32,275 nt of DNA from a virus (lineage: Duplodnaviria > Caudoviricetes): positions 1-32,275 of IMG/VR virus record IMGVR_UViG_3300021560_000047; one strand, written 5' to 3'. The notes beneath the pieces are model-generated. The model did not search any database, was not told where the DNA came from, and saw only the letters and a list, made by a program, of their open reading frames with translations. A program made the translations under genes and the position numbers. How positions within the stretch are numbered: the stretch's first letter is position 1; every line of letters starts with the position of its first letter. This document shows, piece by piece, positions 25,912 through 32,275 of the stretch.

Positions 25912-26264
25912 GGCGTCCTCTGCTCGTTAGCAACCCAAGCATCGCCGGAGGTGCCGGTCATGCTGATCGGATCAGTGATCACACTGGAGCCGGTCGCCTG
26001 ACAGAGAAAAGTCTGCCCCGGCTGCAACAGCAGCGACGCCGCGGTGGTCGCCGCCGTAGTCACACCGGGATAAACATACATCACATGGCTTCCTTGATTT
26101 TGGATGGTGCAGCCGCGGCGCGTGCCGTTGCCGGCTAAGATTTGCTGAAACGTGCTGGTGATAACGATCGTACCATTGGCGATCGTCGTCGCCGTGCCTT
26201 GCTGCGCTCGCGCCGACGCGACGCTGAGCGCCAGCGCCAGCGCGATGGCAAATATCCGTGTCAT
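25908..26264 (-). CDS. Secreted-type small jelly-roll protein, possible vertex/spike base (118 aa)
   Basis: N-terminus MTRIFAIALALALSVASARA-Q. The NGTRRGCTIQNQGSHVMYV...LLQPGQ pattern is typical of small phage beta-sandwich proteins. It has two Cys and RBS GAGG. Confidence 0.75.
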   Translation of the reverse strand: MTRIFAIALALALSVASARAQQGTATTIANGTIVITSTFQQILAGNGTRRGCTIQNQGSHVMYVYPGVTTAATTAASLLLQPGQTFLCQATGSSVITDPISMTGTSGDAWVANEQRTP

Positions 26265-26274
26265 GATCTAATCC

Positions 26275-28284
26275 TCATGGCCGCGCCGCCGGCCGCTGCG
26301 CCGCTTGCTGCGCTTGCTGCGCCAATTGCTGCTGCTGCATTTGCTTTTCGTGATCCATCTGCTGGAATTTCTGATTCAGCTCCAGCGCCTGCATCAAGGT
26401 ATCGCGCGAGAACTCGGCGGCGGCTTGCTGATCGTCCACATGCGCTAGCGGCGTCGCGGCATGTTTTTCCGCCGCAGTCGCCAGCGCTTGCTCGGCTTGA
26501 GCGTGCGTCTTGCGCACATTGGCGCCCTTCTGCGCCACGTCGGCGGCGGCGCCCTCGAGTTGCAGCTTGGTAATGATCTCCTGCATCGGATTCGGCGGCG
26601 GCGGCTTCGGCGCCATGATCTGCAGCAAGCGATCCTTTTCCGAACGCGGCAGTGGCGAGATCTCGATCAACACTTGCGGCGGGAATGTGCCCGGCGGATA
26701 GCCCTTGAGCATCTCATAAGTATCGCTCATCAAGCTGCCGACATCCGGGCCTTCGTCGAGAATGATATCGACATCGACCTGACCGACCGCATTGACAATC
26801 ACCGGCCGGCCAAACTGATCGAGGCCAAGCCCATTGATCTGGATAAACCGCGCCAAGCCTTCATTGTTGTTGACCCGCAGCCAGCGCTCGGCAGTCCAAT
26901 AGCGCTGCAGATTGGTCCAGATGCCGCGATAAAGTTGCAGCTTCCACGAGCGATAGGCGAGAATGAACGGCCCCAATTCAGCCATGCCGGGCTGGCGCAG
27001 CAGCTCCACCGTGCGGCCACTCATGTTGGCAATCGCCTGCGCCGGAAGCTGCGCCAGATTAAGATTAGCGAATTGCTCAATCTCCTGCGCCGCTTCGGTG
27101 GTGAATGTTGCATACGCCGCCAGCTCCGTCTTGGTATCGTCGGGGGTAATCTGCTTGCCCGGATTATGCTCGACATAGCCGTCCGGCCGCGCCCATTCGC
27201 GGCGGGCAATTTCAACATCGTCTACCGCGCCTTTTTCCGCAATCAAACGCCGCGAATTGGCGATGTGCATGATCTTGGCCTTGCCGGCATTGAGCACATC
27301 CTGCGGGCCTTTGAGATTGCGCACAAAGCCATAGCGGTCGCCGTCATGATCAATCGCCGCGCTGAACATTTTGAACGACGACATGCGCTTGCCCTTGTCG
27401 TCGAACCACGGCGATTGACCTTGGTCTAAAAGCACCGTGGAGATATAAAACGCCCAATTCCACGAACCTCTGTTGGCGTACCAATGCTCGACCAAGCGCA
27501 CCCGCTTAGTTGCGGTGATAACCCACTTATACTCGCGATCTGCGTTGGTCGTGAGATCGCTGTCGCCTTCAACAAGCCCGCGCAACAGTTCTTCTTTATC
27601 TGGAAATAAATCGATGGCGGCATCGACATCGAGCCATTTGGATATGCCCATGTAACGGGCGTCAGCGAAATCCATGCGATAACTTTTAGGATCATAAAAA
27701 AATTCATCGCCGATCACCCACGGTAATTTTATATCCGGATCGCCGGTATCGCCTTGTGTCAGCACCAGCTGCACGCCGCCGATGCCATCAATGCACGCCT
27801 GCAACAAACACCACGGATCGACGGTCTTGAACTCGTTGGCGTCGAGCACATAGCGCAGGCTCTGGGTGGCGATTTCCGCAGCTTGCTCGCTCTTCGGCGA
27901 CCGCGGCAGCGCTCGCGGATCGCTGCGCATGCGCTCGATCAAGCCGACAATGGCATTGATCTTGCGCGCCGTCCGATTCCATGTCACTGGCGGTTGATGG
28001 CGCTTGCGCAGCACTTCGATTTGCGCCGGCGTCCACTGGGCGCCATGAACATAATAGCGACTTTGTTTTTGCTCCTCGATCTCCTCAATCTTGGTATACA
28101 AATAGTCGATATATTGTTCTCGCAATTTCCTTACAGGAAGAAACTGCCCGCGCTCTTCATCAAGGTCATCTGTTTGCTGCGGCGTGTGCGATTCATCGAT
28201 CGGCACCTGATCACGATACACGCGCATCCGCGCCGCATCTGCAGATGCCATCGCATTGGCGACTTCACTGCCGGGCGTCGGCAT
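26275..28284 (-). CDS. Portal protein, P22-like
   Basis: 669 aa. Motifs include YVHGAQWT...LRKRHQPPVTWNRTARKINAIVGLIER, FFYDPKS...DFADARY...KWLD, RYGFVRNLKGPQDVLN and DVDIILDEGP, with a Gln-rich C-terminal barrel. Confidence 0.92.
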   Translation of the reverse strand: MPTPGSEVANAMASADAARMRVYRDQVPIDESHTPQQTDDLDEERGQFLPVRKLREQYIDYLYTKIEEIEEQKQSRYYVHGAQWTPAQIEVLRKRHQPPVTWNRTARKINAIVGLIERMRSDPRALPRSPKSEQAAEIATQSLRYVLDANEFKTVDPWCLLQACIDGIGGVQLVLTQGDTGDPDIKLPWVIGDEFFYDPKSYRMDFADARYMGISKWLDVDAAIDLFPDKEELLRGLVEGDSDLTTNADREYKWVITATKRVRLVEHWYANRGSWNWAFYISTVLLDQGQSPWFDDKGKRMSSFKMFSAAIDHDGDRYGFVRNLKGPQDVLNAGKAKIMHIANSRRLIAEKGAVDDVEIARREWARPDGYVEHNPGKQITPDDTKTELAAYATFTTEAAQEIEQFANLNLAQLPAQAIANMSGRTVELLRQPGMAELGPFILAYRSWKLQLYRGIWTNLQRYWTAERWLRVNNNEGLARFIQINGLGLDQFGRPVIVNAVGQVDVDIILDEGPDVGSLMSDTYEMLKGYPPGTFPPQVLIEISPLPRSEKDRLLQIMAPKPPPPNPMQEIITKLQLEGAAADVAQKGANVRKTHAQAEQALATAAEKHAATPLAHVDDQQAAAEFSRDTLMQALELNQKFQQMDHEKQMQQQQLAQQAQQAAQRPAARP

Positions 28285-28287
28285 GCG

Positions 28288-28503
28288 CTAACGCAAGCCC
28301 CCGAGCGAAACGCCGCCCAGGCCGGCGAGCTGCAACAGCAGCAAGATCAAGATCAACACCGCGACCACGACGATGATCACCTTGGCGACGCGGTTGAACG
28401 GCTCCGGCAGCGGCACATAATCGATCAGCCACAGCAGCAGCCAGACCACCAAACCGAGCACGATGATGTAGACGACGAACGTCACCAGCGCATGGATCAT
28501 CAT
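28288..28503 (-). CDS. Small two-TM membrane protein (Thivi_2564-like)
   Basis: 71 aa with two hydrophobic helices separated by IDYVPLPEPFNRVAK. Confidence 0.7.
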   Translation of the reverse strand: MMIHALVTFVVYIIVLGLVVWLLLWLIDYVPLPEPFNRVAKVIIVVVAVLILILLLLQLAGLGGVSLGGLR

Positions 28504-28510
28504 TGTCGCC

Positions 28511-28714
28511 TCACATTCCGGCCATGCCCTTACCGACGCCGCCGCGCGGCTTCTTCACGCCGATCTGCGAACCCAGCACGGATTGCGCCGCCGTTGGCGA
28601 AATCTTGCCGCTCTTCATCAAGCCTTTGATCTTGCCACCAACCACCTTGCCGCCGATCTTCCACGGCTTCAGCTTCTTAAGTTTCGGCAACGGCACTTTC
28701 TTGGTCTTCGGCAT
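28511..28714 (-). CDS. Small Lys-rich basic protein (67 aa; 90 aa if started at 28783)
   Basis: RBS AAGGA lies 8 nt before the ATG at 28714 (MPKTKKV...). It contains LMKSGKISPTA. Confidence 0.65.
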   Translation of the reverse strand: MPKTKKVPLPKLKKLKPWKIGGKVVGGKIKGLMKSGKISPTAAQSVLGSQIGVKKPRGGVGKGMAGM

Positions 28715-28728
28715 GAGCTTAATCCTTA

Positions 28729-28855
28729 TCGGCACCGGCGACGTGAACGCACCATGCGCTCGCATTGCACCTTGTACGGACATTAAGTTCCAAAAAGGAG
28801 AATCCCGGGACGGGCAGCACCTACCTTGTGACAGGGTTACCGCCGCCGGTGCCGA
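28729..28855. other. Long inverted repeat enclosing ~100 nt, possible structured RNA
   Basis: TCGGCACCGGCG (28729-28740) and CGCCGGTGCCGA (28844-28855) form a perfect 12-bp stem that spans almost the whole intergenic gap. Confidence 0.5.
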
Positions 28856-28860
28856 ATTAG

Positions 28861-30210
28861 TTAAGAGGCTTTCGCCGCCATTTTCTCATAGGCGCGCTGA
28901 CTGATCTTGCCGGACTTGAGTAGCTTTTCCGCATCGCGCTGCAACCGCGTCGGCGGCGTCGGCTCCGGTCCCATAATTTCTTTCAAATCGTCCCACGCCT
29001 GCTCCAATGCATCGTGCGGCTTTTCGATCGAATGGCCATGCACCTGTTCGGCGATCTCCTTGACCTGATCCATCGCCGTTTGGGCGCTGTCGGCGACCGC
29101 CACTACGGCGCCGATTTCCGGCATGCCAGTCCACTGCGGAACGCAATAAGTTTCGCCGTCGATCACACAGGAGTTGCGCAGCTTAACGTTGTCTTTGTAC
29201 TTCTTGGGTATTTCCACTTGCTGCCAGTTGTTATCCGCCCAATCCGACAGCAGCAAGCACATGGCGCCAAACTTGGCGGTGTATTCCGGTTCGACGACAA
29301 TGCCGCCGGCGCCCTCGTAAATAATCTCAGCAAGATTGGCGATCCATATGCCGTACAGTTCACCGGGCGGCGACCCCATCCGGCAACACGGATCAATCAG
29401 ATAAGCTTTATCATCTTTGCAGCGCAACTCGGTGGAGATAAAGCCGCGATAGCCAAAACCTTTCAGCGTCGGCGCCAGCTTGGCATTGCAGTCTTTGATA
29501 TTCTCCGGCAAGCGCTCGTAGCGCATCACCTTGCCGACATAGGCTTTGTCCTTGACTTCGACGCCAAGCGCCGCAGTCTTCGGAAACTTGCCATCGATCA
29601 CATAGCCGTCGTAGCCTACTTCGATAGCGTCGTTGATCGCATCCTCGACCGTGAACTCGATCAGTTTCTTTTTGGCACCAAGATTGTGCTCCAGCTCGTC
29701 GAGCTGGGTTTCCGCATGCGCATAGTTAGGCGCATGAAAAGTTTCGGTATCGCCGCGAAACGCCGAGACTTTGACGTACTGGTCATCATGGCTCTTCAGA
29801 TGCGCGCGCAGCGCGTCGAGCCCCTTGACCACGGTGTAGTTGCCGATATCGATGCCGAGCTTCTTGCTATGCTCTTTCGAGCCGGGCCGATCGGTCTCCA
29901 AAGCCTCGCCGCCGCGACAGCCCCATACGCGCTTGCCTTGATTGACCAAGTACTGTTGCAAGTCGCCTTCGTACACATCTGGAAACACCCAGAGATCGAT
30001 CTCGTCATAATAATCCCACGGATTGAGCACCCGTTCGATGTCTTCGATACCAGTCGCAATCGTCGGCGCATTGGAACGCGGGTAGCCATTCTGCCAGGGA
30101 ATATGAACTAACACTCTACCAAAATCCTTTGCCAATGGCACTGCCAGGGCGTCAACAAACAAGCCGTGATCCCATACCAAACAAGTTAGCGAACCATAAC
30201 GCTTTGCCAT
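28861..30210 (-). CDS. ATP-grasp ligase, distantly PurD (GAR synthetase)-like
   Basis: 449 aa. The segments VWGCRGGEALETDRPGSKE, YVKVS, VEDAI...EVGYDG, GYRGFISTELR and YLIDPCCRMGSP parallel the PurD layout (LExSK...VVKA...EE...GxL...EFNxRFGDP). It is too divergent to call purD. Confidence 0.72.
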   Translation of the reverse strand: MAKRYGSLTCLVWDHGLFVDALAVPLAKDFGRVLVHIPWQNGYPRSNAPTIATGIEDIERVLNPWDYYDEIDLWVFPDVYEGDLQQYLVNQGKRVWGCRGGEALETDRPGSKEHSKKLGIDIGNYTVVKGLDALRAHLKSHDDQYVKVSAFRGDTETFHAPNYAHAETQLDELEHNLGAKKKLIEFTVEDAINDAIEVGYDGYVIDGKFPKTAALGVEVKDKAYVGKVMRYERLPENIKDCNAKLAPTLKGFGYRGFISTELRCKDDKAYLIDPCCRMGSPPGELYGIWIANLAEIIYEGAGGIVVEPEYTAKFGAMCLLLSDWADNNWQQVEIPKKYKDNVKLRNSCVIDGETYCVPQWTGMPEIGAVVAVADSAQTAMDQVKEIAEQVHGHSIEKPHDALEQAWDDLKEIMGPEPTPPTRLQRDAEKLLKSGKISQRAYEKMAAKAS

Positions 30211-30213
30211 GCA

Positions 30214-30300
30214 CTACATTCTCCGCGTCATCACAATCAAAAACACAAACACCATGATGGCGGTCAACAGAAACGCCACTTCCGGCGTATCCCAGGCCAC
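30214..30300 (-). CDS. Putative 28-aa single-TM peptide
   Basis: GTG start gives MAWDTPEVAFLLTAIMVFVFLIVMTRRM*. It fills the gap between the decarboxylase and ATP-grasp genes. Confidence 0.4.
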   Translation of the reverse strand: MAWDTPEVAFLLTAIMVFVFLIVMTRRM

Positions 30301-30308
30301 GCGCTCAG

Positions 30309-30779
30309 CTACGCCCAATTATATTTCTTGCCGCAGGTCATGTTCTGGCTGACGCAATCGCGCGGCTCAAAAAACGTATTGGCGATGTCGCGCACGATGC
30401 GATCGTTGATCTTACGGCAACAATGGATCACGATCGAGACATAGTGTTTGCGCTGGATGGTATGGATCTGAATGCCGCTTTCGATCAGCGGCACCCAGCC
30501 GCTGATGCCGACCTTGTCTTCGTACTCGGACGGCGACAGCACGACATAAGGCGGCGCCTGCTTATGGACGCCGAGCGCCGCCACCAGCGCCTCGAGGAAG
30601 CCATAGGCGCGACCGATGTCGCACAGATAAATATCGCGGCAGCCGTACAGATCGAGCGCCAAGAGATAACCGAACGGCGCTGGCGCTGGCTGCTCGGCAT
30701 AGCCGTCGTCGCCGTTCCAGCCAGTATAATACTCAGCGGTCGAGCCGCTGCCGCGACTGCGTTGAGACTCGGGCATCAT
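30309..30779 (-). CDS. S-adenosylmethionine decarboxylase-like pyruvoyl proenzyme (SpeD/SpeH family, divergent)
   Basis: GYLLALDLYGC...GISGWVPLIESGIQIHT...YVSIVIHCC matches the AdoMetDC scaffold, including the E-S self-cleavage site. The start at 30779 overlaps the upstream stop (TGATG). Confidence 0.8.
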   Translation of the reverse strand: MMPESQRSRGSGSTAEYYTGWNGDDGYAEQPAPAPFGYLLALDLYGCRDIYLCDIGRAYGFLEALVAALGVHKQAPPYVVLSPSEYEDKVGISGWVPLIESGIQIHTIQRKHYVSIVIHCCRKINDRIVRDIANTFFEPRDCVSQNMTCGKKYNWA

Positions 30780-31540
30780 CAACCCTTAACTGGCGTTGTT
30801 GGCGGCAAGTAGCGACCACGCGCGCCTACCTCATCCCAATAACCACCAGTCCGTGGATCATTAAGTTCGCCCTCCATTTCCTTTTCTTCTTCCTTGAGGC
30901 TTTGAGCACGGGACGGCTGTGGATCAACCCATAGACGCTTGGGGCTCTGCGTCATCGCGACTTGAGTATAATTCGGCGTCGGCTGATTGTGCGCCACCCG
31001 CTTGCTATACGACATCTTGCCGGTCGGCCCCTTGCGATTGCGCTCGCGATCCGCATGCGCGCGTTCGGCGTCCTGCTTACCGTGCTCAGGGCTGGCCCAA
31101 CCGGGCAGCTTCTGCCCCTTCCACGGCTTGGCCGCCTTGGCATCCGGCTTGGCGGCGTGCGACTTGCCGGCCTTGGCGACATGGGTGCCAACCGCCGGCG
31201 TGGCTTCGGCAGCGAGCTTCTTGCCCATGATCGCCATCGCCTTGGAGGAGATGATGCCTTTGCCGCGCATGTGCGCCGGCAGACGATGATTGGCGTGGGC
31301 GATCAGCTCGTGGTCATGCCCGGCCTTAGCACCCTTCTCATGAGCGCGCTCTTTGTGATGATGCGGCTTCGGCGGATTGTGGCCGGCCTTGCGCGCTTCG
31401 CTCATAGCGATCGCCACGCTCTGCTTGTCGGCGCGTTTTTTGCCGAACTTCTTCGCCGTACGAGCATGCGTCGCGCCGCTATGTAATTCCGAAATGTTTT
31501 CGGAAATTACACGCTTGCTTTTGCCTTTGACGAGCGGCAT
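30779..31540 (-). CDS. Basic Lys/His-rich phage protein (253 aa)
   Basis: RBS AGGAG. The N-terminal MPLVKGKSKRVISENISEL...KQSVAIAMSEARK is a recurrent small basic phage module, followed by a low-complexity extension. Confidence 0.78.
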   Translation of the reverse strand: MPLVKGKSKRVISENISELHSGATHARTAKKFGKKRADKQSVAIAMSEARKAGHNPPKPHHHKERAHEKGAKAGHDHELIAHANHRLPAHMRGKGIISSKAMAIMGKKLAAEATPAVGTHVAKAGKSHAAKPDAKAAKPWKGQKLPGWASPEHGKQDAERAHADRERNRKGPTGKMSYSKRVAHNQPTPNYTQVAMTQSPKRLWVDPQPSRAQSLKEEEKEMEGELNDPRTGGYWDEVGARGRYLPPTTPVKG

Positions 31541-31551
31541 GTGAGTATCTC

Positions 31552-31878
31552 CTATATATCGCGTCGCCTCTGCACCGCCTCCGCAGCGGATTGCGGTTTG
31601 CTAATCACAGGATCTTGCCGCGGCAGCATGCCTTGCACTTCCATTGTCGCTTCCCAAGATTTCAAATTTTGATAGGTCGAGCGAGAGACCGGAGCAGAAA
31701 ATTCCGGCTTCGGCGGATTATGCCCGGCGCGCTTCTGAAACTTGCTGTGCTTCTTCTTTGTCTTGCGCAGCGCCGCATCGGAGATCATCCCGCGCTTATA
31801 AAGCCGCGAAAACTCCTTCTGCGGCTTGCCGCGAAACACCACGGCTTTATTGGTTGGCGCGACAGTACTTCCGGCCAT
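31552..31878 (-). CDS. Small basic protein (108 aa)
   Basis: The start MAGSTVAP at 31878 lies right after the upstream stop at 31880. It contains LYKRGMISDAA and AGHNPPKP. Confidence 0.68.
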   Translation of the reverse strand: MAGSTVAPTNKAVVFRGKPQKEFSRLYKRGMISDAALRKTKKKHSKFQKRAGHNPPKPEFSAPVSRSTYQNLKSWEATMEVQGMLPRQDPVISKPQSAAEAVQRRRDI

Positions 31879-31879
31879 G

Positions 31880-32275
31880 TCAGAACAGCCCTTGCGGCGG
31901 GATGCCGCGCGTATATGGCGTTGCGTTCGCCGAGGGTGCGCCGCCGACCAGCATGCGCAACAGTGCCATCCAATCGAAACCACCGCCGGTGGGCTGCGGT
32001 ATCCCGGCAGTGCCCAGCGGCATTTGCGCTTGCGCGGGCGCCGGAGCTGCACCACCAATAAGGCCGCTAGGGATCGGCGGCGGTCCAGCGACCGGCGGCG
32101 GCCCGCCAAACGCCATGCTGCCGGCTGGGGCGACAGGTGGCGGTCCACCCCAGGCAGCATCACGCGACGGCGCTGGCGGTGGTGGTCCACCCCAGGCGGC
32201 ATCACGCGGCCGCGCCGGCGGCGCCGGCGGCGGCGCAACGCGCGCTACCGGCGGCGGTGGCGGCGGCGTGTAACG
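31880..32275 (-). CDS. Proline-rich protein (5'-partial)
   Basis: The frame is open from the window edge: RYTPPPPPPV...RDAAWGGPPP...RDAAWGGPPP...SMAFGGPPP...FDWMALLRMLVGG...QGLF*. Confidence 0.62.
   Translation of the reverse strand, partial: RYTPPPPPPVARVAPPPAPPARPRDAAWGGPPPPAPSRDAAWGGPPPVAPAGSMAFGGPPPVAGPPPIPSGLIGGAAPAPAQAQMPLGTAGIPQPTGGGFDWMALLRMLVGGAPSANATPYTRGIPPQGLF

Larger units (their letters stand above)
1..32275 (-). mobile_element. Tailed phage/prophage (podovirus-like) virion morphogenesis region
   Basis: Portal, scaffold, major capsid, gp4-like and gp10-like genes lie in canonical order on one strand with overlapping or near-abutting stops and starts. No host housekeeping genes, integrase or att site are in the window, so free phage versus prophage cannot be decided. 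Confidence 0.93.

Noticed and set aside
28760-28795. GGAACTT on the minus strand as an ECF sigma (EcfG-type) promoter -35 element
   Set aside because: There is no CGTT-like -10 element at the expected 16-17 nt spacing.
28800-28845. CCTGTCACAA next to a SAM-decarboxylase locus, resembling the 5' part of a SAM/SAH riboswitch
   Set aside because: The downstream core expected for that class (CGGCTTCCTGGCGTGAC-like) is missing, and the element lies downstream of the enzyme genes.
28861-30210. Calling the ATP-grasp gene purD
   Set aside because: It lacks the PurD N-terminal GxGGREHA and EFNxRFGDPE signatures and has no purine-pathway context. Only the fold is supported.
201-32273. Numerous plus-strand ORFs in the track (e.g. 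1342..2133, 18874..19848, 26461..27429, 29014..30111)
   Set aside because: They are antisense shadows of a fully tiled, coupled minus-strand operon in high-GC DNA and show no recognisable motifs.
1-32275. Gene transfer agent or contractile injection system
   Set aside because: The P22-like portal/gp4/gp10 genes and N4-gp56-type capsid indicate a podovirus-like phage. No sheath, tube, baseplate or RcGTA-like HK97 gene set is present.

Overview
The whole window is the late (virion-assembly) region of a tailed phage or prophage with a podovirus-like architecture and high GC content. An alphaproteobacterial-type host is inferred. All credible genes lie on the minus strand and are tightly coupled. 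In transcription order (right to left) they are: a Pro-rich protein, small basic proteins, a divergent S-adenosylmethionine-decarboxylase-like protein, a PurD-like ATP-grasp enzyme, a small membrane protein and a P22-like portal. A ~21 kb block of 18 fibre/spike/adhesin-like genes follows, then an acidic scaffold, an N4-gp56/DUF4043-type major capsid protein, a decoration protein, a P22 gp4-like adaptor and a partial P22 gp10-like protein. The most striking observation is that 9 apparent structural proteins, including the gene right after the capsid gene, carry Sec-type signal peptides, mostly with Gln at +1 and with paired cysteines. This suggests virion appendages that fold in the periplasm. 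Second, one short motif ([LM]xxxGxISxxA) recurs in the ATP-grasp enzyme's C-terminal tail and in three neighbouring basic proteins. Third, a 34-bp direct repeat marks the insertion of a tailspike cassette. Fourth, structured non-coding segments lie upstream of the scaffold gene and downstream of the ATP-grasp gene. All family assignments come from recognising motifs by eye, not from database searches.
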